Source of the DNA: a virus
DNA length: 29,997 bases
Direction: 5' to 3' (one strand)
IMG/VR virus record: IMGVR_UViG_3300044580_000244
Span: 1 to 29,997 of that record
The translations under genes and the position numbers were made by a program. This document shows, in pieces, positions 14,292 through 23,707 of the stretch (positions are counted from its first letter, which is position 1; each line of letters opens with the position of its first letter). Under the pieces are notes generated by a model. It worked only from the letters and a program-made list of their open reading frames with translations. It was not told where the DNA came from and did no database searches.

Positions 14292-15760
14292 CAGTAGCCT
14301 CCCGCACAGGTGAAAGTTATGAGACCATTTTCATCTTCATCGGAAATTCCCGTGATAATCCAATTCCCCATCGTTCCTGAAGTCTGGATGATATCGCCCA
14401 GACGAAGTGAAGATACGCCAGGCGTGAGGTATGGTGTGCTGAAGGTGATAGTGTATGCTATATTTTCCAGCATCTTGGCGTATATTGCGGATAGGACTAT
14501 TCTCTTGTTTTCGCCGTCTATGAGAGCAGAAGTAGCATCGAATATACTGCTGTCTATCATTATGGACTTTTTATTGATGTGTGTCATATTGCTTTCATTG
14601 AAATATTTTGATATTTCTACACTTCCAGGGTTTATGTCTATATTAGGATTCACATACGAATTTATTCGAGTTTCTGTATAGGGATTTCCTAATGCATCCA
14701 GTTTCGGCGTGCAGAAGACCGTGCACATATTCACTATCAGCATACACTTCAGGACTTGGCTCAGTCTCGCAGAATCTGTGAATCGCTGAGGGTCTGAATA
14801 GAAATATCCACTGACATAGATTTGGTTTCCTTCCACGGAAACTATAGTGTATATATCTTCTATGTAGGTGATATTCTGTGCGTCTACTGAAGGAAGTACG
14901 CCGTTCATTACTAGCATATTCATTAGTGCGGACTCACTCGTTGCGTGATATCCTTCTCGGACATTGCCTATATACTGAGCTTTTCTCGGGATATTGAACG
15001 GGTTAGCGGAAACTATCCAGCATTGGTAGCCCTGAGCATACCATACATTATTGTCTGAGTATTTTATCCAGAACACAATTTTGATTTCGTTCTGAGAGGT
15101 CAGCCAGCAAGTCACGAAACGCTCAGCATCAGGATATCCGCTATGTTCTGCCCACATTTCCCGATAGTCATTAGTATCGAAACCAGGATATATGATATTT
15201 ATATTATTTAAATAATAACTATTATAAAAAGTTCCAACATCCACATTATTTAGCATATCCGTCCATTTATGTAAAATATTTCGCATTATATCAGGAACCA
15301 TATAAATATACCATTCGGAAGTCTGCGTGGTAGTGTCATAATTTCGACTGATGTCGATATAGATATCCAGTGCATCGGATAGATACAGCGTTTCAGTTCC
15401 GTTCAGCTCGTCTAATGTATAGTTCTGCTTTTTTAGTCCGCCAATGAAAATAGGATTGCTTTCTTTCCGCACCACGAAAATGAAAGGAAACCACTCGGAA
15501 AAGTCTGGATGGCTTTCTCTGCTATGATTTAGCTCCGTGAACCATCCTTTTTTTACATAGATAGAAAGCTCAACTCTGCATTTCCGACCTGCTATATCGA
15601 AAAAATTCACAGGGTCTATGGATAGGTCGTCTATCCTGATGGAACGGATATAGCTATCGGGAATTGACGGACTTCCAGGATAGAATTCTATCGGCACAGC
15701 AGAATAGAAATCAGTTTCCGTGTCTTTTTCAATACGGTAGATATCAATGCTATAGCTCAT
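14291..15760 (-). CDS. Tail-tip protein following the tape measure (distal-tail or tail-associated protein candidate, 489 aa)
   Basis: Synteny only: it lies immediately downstream of the tape measure gene and overlaps its end by 11 nt. Confidence 0.55.
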   Translation of the reverse strand: MSYSIDIYRIEKDTETDFYSAVPIEFYPGSPSIPDSYIRSIRIDDLSIDPVNFFDIAGRKCRVELSIYVKKGWFTELNHSRESHPDFSEWFPFIFVVRKESNPIFIGGLKKQNYTLDELNGTETLYLSDALDIYIDISRNYDTTTQTSEWYIYMVPDIMRNILHKWTDMLNNVDVGTFYNSYYLNNINIIYPGFDTNDYREMWAEHSGYPDAERFVTCWLTSQNEIKIVFWIKYSDNNVWYAQGYQCWIVSANPFNIPRKAQYIGNVREGYHATSESALMNMLVMNGVLPSVDAQNITYIEDIYTIVSVEGNQIYVSGYFYSDPQRFTDSARLSQVLKCMLIVNMCTVFCTPKLDALGNPYTETRINSYVNPNIDINPGSVEISKYFNESNMTHINKKSIMIDSSIFDATSALIDGENKRIVLSAIYAKMLENIAYTITFSTPYLTPGVSSLRLGDIIQTSGTMGNWIITGISDEDENGLITFTCAGGY

Positions 15761-18035
15761 TCGCCAATAACCTCGCTCTCGTTACCGCCTTATGTAGCGG
15801 AATGCCTTCAATTACTTGAGTATATATTTGTGGCGGGTTATTTTCGATAGCATTCGCAAGTCTATCCAATCTGTCTGCCAATGCGGATATATTTCTCCCT
15901 GTATTCGTGGAAAGCATCACGCCACCGTATGCGTTCCCGCCAATACCGCCAACGACGCCACCACCACCCACAGAAGCAATAGTTCCTATAGGTGGTATAT
16001 CAGTCGCTCCAGCAGGAAAGGCTGGAACCGCACCGCCAATACCAGTGCCAGTAACAGTCTGCCAGAATTTCAGCATTATCAGCTTTGCAATCATTTCTGT
16101 GACAGCCTTCACGAGAATTCTTAGCATCGAGTTCCAGAAAGAGTTCCAATCACTCAATACGCTATCAGTCTGCATTATCATATCGTAGAGAGCGTCGCCA
16201 ATTTCATCTTCTATTGATTGTTTGATGCTGGTTGCATATTGGTTCATATCTATTGTGGCGTTTTCCAGCTTCTCTTTGTTTTCGCCATAATAGTCATCCC
16301 ATATATTTCGCATCTGGTCAGCCACCCAACGCTCTACGAAGACCTGTTCAACGCCTTGTGCCTTGTATACTTCCGCTTGCGCCAATATCTGTTTCGTTCT
16401 GTATTGCTGATAATAGTATGCCATTCCATTTGATTTGTCTTGTATTTCTCTTAGCATTGAGACTGTCGCATCTATCCTGTCCTGATTGGCTTGTTTTTCT
16501 GCTTCTGCTTGCTCTGCCAAATATTCTTTTTTCTTGGCAGTAAAATTCTTTTCTAATTCGTCTAAAGCAAGATAATATTTCGCACCCTCTAAAGTGCCTG
16601 ATTCATAATATTCAGTCAGAATTCTTTTCTGCTCCAGATAGTTTCGCTCCATAGATTGCAATGCAGTTTCTGATGCACGCATTATTTGCTCATAATATTG
16701 CTGAGCTTTCTGGAATTGATTGTCATCTACTTCTGGCGTTATTATCGGAAAAGTTGCACCGCCAGCTCCATCAAAACCCGAACCTAAGTCGTCTAATGAT
16801 TTCTTTAGTTTTTTATTTAGCTCTATTTGCGTATTGAACTGAGTTTGAGAAGATTTAGTAATAGCATAGAATTTATCATCATATTCAGAAAAAGCAGTGC
16901 CTAATTCAGAAATTCCAGTCTTGAATGTGTCAAACATATGATTCCATACATCTATCACTGGCTGAGAAGCTCCAGCGAAAGAATTCTTCATTCTATTACC
17001 GAAGCCAACGAAAGCCTTGAAACCTTGACTCTGAAAGCGTGTGAAAGTATCTGCCATGGTCTCAATAGTCCCAATCAGCACATTCAATGGCACGCTCAAT
17101 GTATTGATAGTCAATTTCATTGCATCAACGAATATAGAAAAAGACTTCGTGATAATAATATATGCAGACTTGATGACTGTTTCGCCATTGAGTATGAACG
17201 CTGTCACGAAATCGTTCCATAACCTGAACTGCTCTCGCTGAGAGCCTTCTACGGACTTGTTATATTTTGCCATATTGCCCGCAGATACAGAAAAGAAGTT
17301 CACGAGTGCAAAATTGACTGCATCCAGCACGGGAAGTGTATTTTTCCCTATCTCTTCGAGAAAATCGCCCCAAGCATTTTTCAGCTGTGTGCTGGAATTC
17401 ACGCCTGCTTGTGCGGCACCGCCGAATTGACCTTGAAGCGCTGACAGTATAGTCTTCTGTGCGTCCAGAGTGCGGTTCGTTTCTACCATATCCTGAATCA
17501 TATTTCGTTCTGCTTCAGTGAAAGATACGCCTGCACGAGTCATTGCATTCATTCCACGCACAGGGTCATTGAGTGCTTTCCCGACCATTATTGCGGCAGA
17601 ACGCAGGTCCATATTCATTGCCGTAGCCATATCCAGTATAGCCTGCTGAGCATCTGTGAAAACCTGTCCTGATATCTGCTTGAAGGTCGTTAGCGGAATG
17701 GTTACATTTTTCAGGATATCTTCATCGCCGTAATTGGATATGGACTGGAGTTCCGTCGCTATACTGGCGAACTGTTCTGCAGTGAAGCCTGCCGCCATAC
17801 CTGTAGTCTGTATCTGGCTGGCGAGAATTCGCTGAACTTCCACCTGCTTTCTTGCTAATGAAAAAGAATCAGAAAGAGTCCTGACTGCAGTTCGCACCGC
17901 CATTAGTCCTGCTGCAGCAGGCGCAAGAGTTTTCACCATAGACCCGATAGAAGCACCAAGTCCACCTACTTTCGCTTTCGCCTGTTCTGCACCATCTACG
18001 CCTATGCGTAGTCTGAGTTCTTGGCTATTTACCAT
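15750..18035 (-). CDS. Tail tape measure protein (761 aa)
   Basis: It is the largest gene and follows the frameshifted chaperone pair. It is long, helical and A/Q/M-rich, with a Gly-rich C-terminal stretch (GGGGVVGGIGGNAYGG). Confidence 0.85.
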   Translation of the reverse strand: MVNSQELRLRIGVDGAEQAKAKVGGLGASIGSMVKTLAPAAAGLMAVRTAVRTLSDSFSLARKQVEVQRILASQIQTTGMAAGFTAEQFASIATELQSISNYGDEDILKNVTIPLTTFKQISGQVFTDAQQAILDMATAMNMDLRSAAIMVGKALNDPVRGMNAMTRAGVSFTEAERNMIQDMVETNRTLDAQKTILSALQGQFGGAAQAGVNSSTQLKNAWGDFLEEIGKNTLPVLDAVNFALVNFFSVSAGNMAKYNKSVEGSQREQFRLWNDFVTAFILNGETVIKSAYIIITKSFSIFVDAMKLTINTLSVPLNVLIGTIETMADTFTRFQSQGFKAFVGFGNRMKNSFAGASQPVIDVWNHMFDTFKTGISELGTAFSEYDDKFYAITKSSQTQFNTQIELNKKLKKSLDDLGSGFDGAGGATFPIITPEVDDNQFQKAQQYYEQIMRASETALQSMERNYLEQKRILTEYYESGTLEGAKYYLALDELEKNFTAKKKEYLAEQAEAEKQANQDRIDATVSMLREIQDKSNGMAYYYQQYRTKQILAQAEVYKAQGVEQVFVERWVADQMRNIWDDYYGENKEKLENATIDMNQYATSIKQSIEDEIGDALYDMIMQTDSVLSDWNSFWNSMLRILVKAVTEMIAKLIMLKFWQTVTGTGIGGAVPAFPAGATDIPPIGTIASVGGGGVVGGIGGNAYGGVMLSTNTGRNISALADRLDRLANAIENNPPQIYTQVIEGIPLHKAVTRARLLANEL

Positions 18036-18737
18036 ATTTTTTCTGTTCCTCTTCTAAAATAGCCTTTTTGCACCGAGCCAATGTATTTCTCGCAAGATTG
18101 ATAGAACTCATAAACCATACAGGCTGTAGTTCCCAAGTGCCACCATTCGGATAGCTACTATATCCCGCATCCATCTCGTTCATATAAGTGATAATGTGAT
18201 AGCTCAGCGGTGATATCAGTGGATAGCTGTCGCTTTTCGTGCATATCTCATTCATTTCGCAGAGTCTGCACATCTTATATCGCAGGTTTTCCGTCCAGAA
18301 TTGAGCGGTAGAGTCGGGATTGCGTGCTATATACTCTACCGCAGATATCAGTTTTTTTCATTTTCTTTCACTTTCGCTTCTACTTCCGCTTCGTGATTCG
18401 CTATCGCTTCGTGCAGTATGATTGCCAATGTCTGGTCCAGGTCGTTGATAGCTTCTTCTGTTATCTTTTCGCTGAATTCCCACGAATCAAGCGAATGCAG
18501 TATGGTCGCATTCCTGAGATTGACTGAACCTTTTGGACGGATTATCATTTCGCCATTCTTTATCTCCATCTCGAAAGCTTTCTGTTCTATAGCCTGCTTG
18601 TCTTTTGCACTTTGTATGTGTGCATCAGCGAGCTTGTCTCCCTTTTTTATGCCGAAATGAGGCAAATCATAGGGTGCAAGTATCTCATACCGATACATCT
18701 CGCTCATACTGGTGAAACAGTTCTTGAATTTAGTCAT
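18025..18737 (-). CDS. Tail assembly chaperone -1 frameshift fusion (GT-like product)
   Basis: After a -1 slip at 18351-18357 the frame reads KKLISAVEYIARNPDSTAQFWTENLRYKMCRLCEMNE... It has no stop and runs into the 18025..18273 ORF. Confidence 0.7.
18348..18737 (-). CDS. Tail assembly chaperone (G-like, zero-frame product, 129 aa)
   Basis: RBS AAGGAGataaatATG. It lies between the major tail and tape measure genes. It ends in the slippery site gaA_AAA_AAC_TGA. Confidence 0.8.
   Translation of the reverse strand: MTKFKNCFTSMSEMYRYEILAPYDLPHFGIKKGDKLADAHIQSAKDKQAIEQKAFEMEIKNGEMIIRPKGSVNLRNATILHSLDSWEFSEKITEEAINDLDQTLAIILHEAIANHEAEVEAKVKENEKN
18351..18357 (-). promoter_or_regulatory. -1 programmed ribosomal frameshift heptamer A_AAA_AAC
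   Basis: It is a canonical X_XXY_YYZ heptamer in the correct phase, immediately before the zero-frame TGA (18350..18348). Confidence 0.75.
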
Positions 18738-18748
18738 ATTTATCTCCT

Positions 18749-19762
18749 TTAGGTTTCAATCCAATTAGATGCAGTAATAATTATGGGGTCTTTATCTAAA
18801 CTTGCCAGCTTTCCTGTATAGTTGAGCTTGAAAATGTCATTACCTGGATCAGGCTTGTCTAATGCCGTGGCAATAGAAACTGTCTCAATTAAAAGTTCTT
18901 TTTGTTCTACGCCAGGACGCAAAACAATTGTAATATTGTTAGTTTTTTCCCGCTCAGAATTGTCAAGATAATCTAAATCAGCTTCATTTCCATTGGCATC
19001 GAAAAGGACAGTATATTTCAGCTCGCCATCGTATCCTATAATGAGCGGATAGGCAGGATATCTGCTATTGGCGTATTTTGTGCTGTCTGAAGTGAAAACA
19101 TTGTTCAGTGTGAGTCCGAAACTTTCGAGCCCATAATTTATAGCACCAAAAGCTAAATTATCAATAATATCCCCGAATAGAGCAGGCTCAGGAAGCTCCA
19201 TACCTGGGTCAGTGCCTTTGATAGCTTGGCTCAGTTCTCGCTGATATATAGTTCCTTCGAATGTAGCCGTGACGCCAATAAACCCAGAGCTCTGCGAGCC
19301 TTCAATGACCAGCGATTGAAGCTTGCACCCCTGAGCTTTATCTACCTTATATGGTGTCTCCGAACTATCATTATGAATCATATATATCACCGCTGAAAGT
19401 GGCGTTTTATTCGGGTTTGCCTGCATCTTGTATATCCCATTCGCATGGTTTTTCTGATTGAACCACAAATCCAATAGAATTTTGCTATAGAGACCGAATT
19501 CGCCTGTATATGTCGCTGTGCAGGACTTCGTTGTCACGAGCTCACTATACGGGTGCGGAACTGCTGATTGTGGTTTGAATTTTGTATCCTTCTTATTGTT
19601 ATTCTGTGTGATTTCCAGCGTTCCAGGCAAGACCACAAGATTTGCCCAGGAAGTCGCACTTGGTGCTTCGCCCACTGGTGCTTCCGTTCCGCCTGCGTTA
19701 TAGCTGTATTCTATGCCTATCGCTATGCGGTAGTTATTTCCATATCTTATTTTGTCTGGCAT
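18749..19762 (-). CDS. Major tail protein (337 aa)
   Basis: Strong RBS GAGGAGaaataaATG. It lies directly upstream of the chaperone / tape measure block. The call is by synteny. Confidence 0.65.
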   Translation of the reverse strand: MPDKIRYGNNYRIAIGIEYSYNAGGTEAPVGEAPSATSWANLVVLPGTLEITQNNNKKDTKFKPQSAVPHPYSELVTTKSCTATYTGEFGLYSKILLDLWFNQKNHANGIYKMQANPNKTPLSAVIYMIHNDSSETPYKVDKAQGCKLQSLVIEGSQSSGFIGVTATFEGTIYQRELSQAIKGTDPGMELPEPALFGDIIDNLAFGAINYGLESFGLTLNNVFTSDSTKYANSRYPAYPLIIGYDGELKYTVLFDANGNEADLDYLDNSEREKTNNITIVLRPGVEQKELLIETVSIATALDKPDPGNDIFKLNYTGKLASLDKDPIIITASNWIET

Positions 19763-19984
19763 TTATTTCTCCTCTGTCTTTTTAGACTCTGACTTTGTAT
19801 CCGTCTTTGTTTCTGACTTTGTTTCAGGTTCTGGTTTCTCTTTCACGAGTAGATTTTTATATTGCTCATAAGCACTATCAGGATAGTCACGGTATACATC
19901 GTCATTTATGATTGCTATTCTTTGACCATCTATCTGATGGTAGATAGGTTTCTTTAGCGTTGATTTTGCTTTTGCTCTGACCAT
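19763..19984 (-). CDS. Hypothetical protein (73 aa) with a low-complexity KEKPEPETKSETKTDTKSESKK tail
   Basis: RBS GGAGAGtaaaatATG. Confidence 0.65.
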   Translation of the reverse strand: MVRAKAKSTLKKPIYHQIDGQRIAIINDDVYRDYPDSAYEQYKNLLVKEKPEPETKSETKTDTKSESKKTEEK

Positions 19985-19987
19985 ATT

Positions 19988-20452
19988 TTACTCTCCATTA
20001 TATCTTTGGTCGTTGTATCTTATATTGAATGTTATTCTGCTACACTGCAGTGCATCGCTCTGGTATGCGGACTGGATAATGGGAATATCCGAATTGAATT
20101 CTACTCTCGCCAGTTCCAGCGAAACGCATTTCCCGCCTAAGTGATTGTCTTTGTATATTTCATTGATTATTGAAAAAACCATATTTTCGTGATATTCCGT
20201 CTTTTCATATCCTGTTTGCGTGATTAGAATTATCGCACAGGTATAGACTGGATTCACGATGTTATTGGAGGTCACGAATAGCTCCAGCGAAACAGACTCT
20301 ATCAATACAGCGGGATAATGATTTCCGAGGCGTGATATGCCTTCAGGATATACATCGCTGGCGAGAACGCCTGCAATCGCACATCTATTCAGGATTTCTT
20401 TCTTAATATCTTTGAGTTTATTTATCATCTTATTTCCTTTTAATTCCGCCAT
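19988..20452 (-). CDS. Neck or tail-terminator-type protein (154 aa; alternative start 20428)
   Basis: Called from its position in the head-tail joining block. ATG 20428 has AAGGAaataagATG and avoids the 13-nt overlap. Confidence 0.55.
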   Translation of the reverse strand: MAELKGNKMINKLKDIKKEILNRCAIAGVLASDVYPEGISRLGNHYPAVLIESVSLELFVTSNNIVNPVYTCAIILITQTGYEKTEYHENMVFSIINEIYKDNHLGGKCVSLELARVEFNSDIPIIQSAYQSDALQCSRITFNIRYNDQRYNGE

Positions 20453-20880
20453 TGCTGTGAAACTCTGGTCTTGACGGCATTTGCGAGCTTGTCGAGAAAC
20501 TTTCTGCTATCTGCGTCATTCAGTCCGAAGTGTTCTCTTTTCGGCATACGGTTCAGTCCGTTCTGGTGGTGAAACGCTACCATTGCTCTGTGTGAATCTG
20601 AATAGTATATTTCCGCATCATTCGCATTCACCTTCACAGCGAGCGAGTTGTGCATTTCGCTACGATTTTCCAGATTCACTATATCTGTAGTCTTTCCTAT
20701 TTTCCGACGGTAGTCCTCATATAGTGGCGAATACGGTCTGAACTGCTGATAATTCACATCCACGCCTGAACGGGTGCGTTTCTTGATATGCTCTCGGATG
20801 TCCATCCCAATGTTTCGCAATTCCATTGCACTTGGTCTTATCTCTATATTCAGGTTAGGCATTTTCACGACGCTAATCAT
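20440..20880 (-). CDS. Head-tail joining / virion morphogenesis family protein (HK97 gp10-like or tail-completion-like)
   Basis: ATGA start/stop overlap with the upstream gene. The pattern FRPYSPLYEDYRRKIGKT..VNLENRSEMHNSL resembles that family. This is recollection, not a search. Confidence 0.5.
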   Translation of the reverse strand: MISVVKMPNLNIEIRPSAMELRNIGMDIREHIKKRTRSGVDVNYQQFRPYSPLYEDYRRKIGKTTDIVNLENRSEMHNSLAVKVNANDAEIYYSDSHRAMVAFHHQNGLNRMPKREHFGLNDADSRKFLDKLANAVKTRVSQQWRN

Positions 20881-21599
20881 TTCACGATACTTCCGCCGAA
20901 AAACGCACGAGCTCCGAAAGTATCACCCTCATATCCAGCCAATCGCATAGCGGACATAGCCTTGTCCTTTTCATTGCTATATCTCTGTGCGTAGTAGTCT
21001 GCTTTCGCTTGATATAGCTGGTTGTAGCCACTATTAGCAAGGTCTGCGTATATGAGATTGAGCGTTTTCATATCAGAAGCTATGGCGAATATCTCAGGAT
21101 TGGTCACCATTGCGATTGCTTCTGCATCGCTTTCTATGGTGGGATATCTCGCCAGAATATCAGTCACTATGTCCTGTTTCAATATTTTCTTAGCCAAGTC
21201 TATTTTGTCTTGCCAAGTATAGTTGATTGTGGCAAGATACCACGCTGATTTCGAGGATAGCGATGCCATCAGTTCCATGTCAGAATGCAGGACTAAGCTC
21301 TTGGCTTCGTTCAATGGAAACTTTCCTGCTTCTGCATCGCCATTGTATGCGACCAGCTCAATGATTGTATCCATAGGGATTGCCATATCATTCTCTTCTA
21401 CTGGAATGTCTATTACATTTCCTTCTGCGGTCTTAGCTCTCGCTGAAGTCACATCGCCAGAAAAGGTCAGCGTATACGGTTCTGTCTCGCTCTCGCTCCG
21501 CAATGACCATATCTCAGTCTTGCCTGCAAGACGATTGATTTCTTTTTCCCAAGCTGAGAGACCAGCCAAGGTGCTAAGCGTTATATCGTCATAACTCAT
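20877..21599 (-). CDS. Hypothetical head-completion or connector protein (240 aa)
   Basis: RBS GAGGTGAgattATG. Called by synteny after the capsid genes. Confidence 0.55.
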   Translation of the reverse strand: MSYDDITLSTLAGLSAWEKEINRLAGKTEIWSLRSESETEPYTLTFSGDVTSARAKTAEGNVIDIPVEENDMAIPMDTIIELVAYNGDAEAGKFPLNEAKSLVLHSDMELMASLSSKSAWYLATINYTWQDKIDLAKKILKQDIVTDILARYPTIESDAEAIAMVTNPEIFAIASDMKTLNLIYADLANSGYNQLYQAKADYYAQRYSNEKDKAMSAMRLAGYEGDTFGARAFFGGSIVK

Positions 21600-21616
21600 A
21601 ATCTCACCTCAAAGTA

Positions 21617-21646
21617 GGTGGCGGTAAAAGGAGCAAAACCGCCACC
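21617..21646 (-). promoter_or_regulatory. GC-rich 9-bp stem-loop between the capsid and connector genes (attenuator or mRNA-stabiliser candidate)
   Basis: GGTGGCGGT (21617-21625) pairs with ACCGCCACC (21638-21646) around a 12-nt loop. There is no T-run after it on the minus strand. Confidence 0.45.
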
Positions 21647-21668
21647 CGTCCCCAACCTGCTAACAGGC

Positions 21669-22085
21669 TTAAGTCATCACTACATAAGCGTCTACGGTAT
21701 CTGTACTTTCATTTGCAGTAGTTGTATAGGTCAGCTTCACATACTTATAGTCATCTGGAAGGCTATCAGGAATTATTTCTTCACATATAGTCTCTCCAGG
21801 AGCGAAAGTTATGCCACCTGAACCTGCAGTTGCGGTATATAAGACCTTGTTCAATGTATCAGTCGGTGTGCTTGTGGCACCATAACTGGCTACGATAGTA
21901 AGTGCTTTTTCATTCGCTATACTTACAGCAGAATGAGCTTTTACCACTATTTTAGCAAAGCCGAGACTATTTCCGCCATATTTCACTACATTAGTAGAAT
22001 CCCCGCTGGTTGCATTTGGCAATGCCTGTGCTTTACTCAAGATTAGATTTTCATCTATTACATAAGCTCTATTTTTGTATCCCAT
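21669..22085 (-). CDS. Hypothetical virion protein after the major capsid gene (possible decoration or cement protein, 138 aa)
   Basis: RBS AGGAGGataaaATG. Beta-rich, S/T/A composition. Called mainly by position. Confidence 0.5.
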   Translation of the reverse strand: MGYKNRAYVIDENLILSKAQALPNATSGDSTNVVKYGGNSLGFAKIVVKAHSAVSIANEKALTIVASYGATSTPTDTLNKVLYTATAGSGGITFAPGETICEEIIPDSLPDDYKYVKLTYTTTANESTDTVDAYVVMT

Positions 22086-22097
22086 TTTATCCTCCTA

Positions 22098-23051
22098 TCA
22101 ATCCAATGCCGTGGTTTCAGTGCTGACAATCATTTCATCCAGCACTATAGGAATGTTGTCCCAAGACGCTACCATGGTGTTATAGTCAGTGTCGCTTGGA
22201 GCGAGTTCTAATTTCGTGTTCTTTATCTGTTTGACCAGTCTGCGACCCAAGCGGTTCATATACAGGAAAGTTCGCCCGTCAGCCATACCCTTGACTGCAT
22301 CAATCAGTTCGTCAATCAGTTCAGCAGTAGGTGGAGTCGTAGGAGTTATTCTCTTGATTGCGGCGACGCTATACTTAGAACCACACTGGAGTGCAGCGTT
22401 AGTCCAGAAGCTGACACTATAGTTCAGATTCTTGGCACCTGTGGTTGTATCTGCTGTGGGAGCCTGCAAGGTTCCACCACCCACGAGTTCCATCTGCACG
22501 AGATTGCCATTTTCCTGTTCAGGAATGACAATCTGGGTCTCGTTCTCTGCCCAATGCACGGCTATAATAGAAGTGCAAGAGCCAGAAGAGCCATTCAAAC
22601 TGCCTATCAGCTGTCCGTTAGCTTTCGCTATCTGTCTCAGACCCTTGAAAGCACCTGGAACGCCGAATGTCGGGTCATCACCGTATATCACTGCTTGAGC
22701 GAGTTTCTGCATTATGCTTCTGATATAGGTCGCAGTCCTGCTCTTGCTATCCAGAAAAGCTTCCAGACTGCCGTATTTCATTTTTATGATTTGGTCGATT
22801 GTCACCAATCGCTGTATGGATGGGAGTTGCACGCTCGCCATAATGGAGTTCTCCATCGTGGAAACGATAGAGCCGTTCACTGAGCGTATAGCAGCCTCGC
22901 CGTCTTCTTTCAATACTTCATATTCGTGACGCAGAAAATCGGAACTGAATCCGAATTGTGCGGTTTCGAGAACTCCCATTGCTTTCACGACTTCGGAAAT
23001 CACGGGAGCTTGTGGCGACTTAATATCGAGTAGTAAGTCTCTTATGTTCAT
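22098..23051 (-). CDS. Major capsid protein (317 aa)
   Basis: It follows the scaffold gene. RBS AGAGGtaaataaATG. Its size and position fit HK97-fold capsid proteins. Confidence 0.8.
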   Translation of the reverse strand: MNIRDLLLDIKSPQAPVISEVVKAMGVLETAQFGFSSDFLRHEYEVLKEDGEAAIRSVNGSIVSTMENSIMASVQLPSIQRLVTIDQIIKMKYGSLEAFLDSKSRTATYIRSIMQKLAQAVIYGDDPTFGVPGAFKGLRQIAKANGQLIGSLNGSSGSCTSIIAVHWAENETQIVIPEQENGNLVQMELVGGGTLQAPTADTTTGAKNLNYSVSFWTNAALQCGSKYSVAAIKRITPTTPPTAELIDELIDAVKGMADGRTFLYMNRLGRRLVKQIKNTKLELAPSDTDYNTMVASWDNIPIVLDEMIVSTETTALD

Positions 23052-23055
23052 TTAT

Positions 23056-23637
23056 TTACCTCTTTCTGTTTTTTAGTTCTTGCCCGAATGTGTAATCCGA
23101 GCTTTTTGGTTTTTCATTGTTTGCTGCAGGAGCGTATCCTGAAGCCTCTTTTGCAGGTGGATTGAACACACCTGCTGTTTCTAATAGTTGCATAGCAGCA
23201 AGATTTTTCTGTGCGATCTCGGGTGTGATATCGCCCTCCAGAACGAATTTGTCTTTTATCTTGCTTACGGTTTCGTATAGCGGATCTGTATGCTTCACTT
23301 CGAAGACCTTGGCTTTTTCCTGCCAAGTGCGAATCAGTTTCTCTTCTTCTTCTTGTTTCCGTTTCAGATACTCTTCTTCTATCTTCTTCAGTCTTTCCAG
23401 TTCCGCTTTTGTATTTGAGCTCGAAGTTTTCTCCAGCTCGGAATTTTTCGCTTCCAGCTCAGATTCCAATTCCCGAATTTTCGCCTTTCGTGACGCACTT
23501 TCTTTATTGGCGGCACTGAGGCTATCCAGGATGTCTTGTGCCTCTCTCACTGCATCCGCTATGAGAGCACTGATTTCCGCTGGTGCATCTGCACCGAGAA
23601 TTGACTTGATTCTATCCAGAATCTCTTTTATTGCCAT
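23056..23637 (-). CDS. Scaffolding protein (193 aa)
   Basis: Highly charged coiled-coil sequence (ELESELEAKNSELEK...EEEYLKRKQEEEEK). It lies between the MuF-like and capsid genes. Confidence 0.8.
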   Translation of the reverse strand: MAIKEILDRIKSILGADAPAEISALIADAVREAQDILDSLSAANKESASRKAKIRELESELEAKNSELEKTSSSNTKAELERLKKIEEEYLKRKQEEEEKLIRTWQEKAKVFEVKHTDPLYETVSKIKDKFVLEGDITPEIAQKNLAAMQLLETAGVFNPPAKEASGYAPAANNEKPKSSDYTFGQELKNRKR

Positions 23638-23680
23638 TGTTGTTCTCCTATAATTATAATCTTTTCTTGCACGAATGCAA

Positions 23681-23707
23681 ATATTATTTTATGAAAATTT
23701 ATGTCAA
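23681..23707 (-). promoter_or_regulatory. Possible internal promoter upstream of the scaffold and capsid genes (TTGACA-N15-TAATAT)
   Basis: It lies in the only sizeable intergenic gap of the head module. The spacing is sub-optimal and alternative -10 registers exist. Confidence 0.3.

Noticed and set aside
13761-14297. 178-aa plus-strand ORF overlapping the minus-strand ORF 13776..14291
   Set aside because: Its N-terminus is IIIIYY-type junk and it has no RBS. The minus-strand ORF is start/stop-coupled to its neighbours and has a normal protein composition.
23653-23680. Near-consensus TTGCAT-N16-TATAAT on the minus strand upstream of the scaffold gene
   Set aside because: The -10 box ends only 3 nt before the AGGAG RBS. 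A transcript started there would lack the RBS. The upstream TTGACA-N15-TAATAT is kept as the low-confidence alternative.
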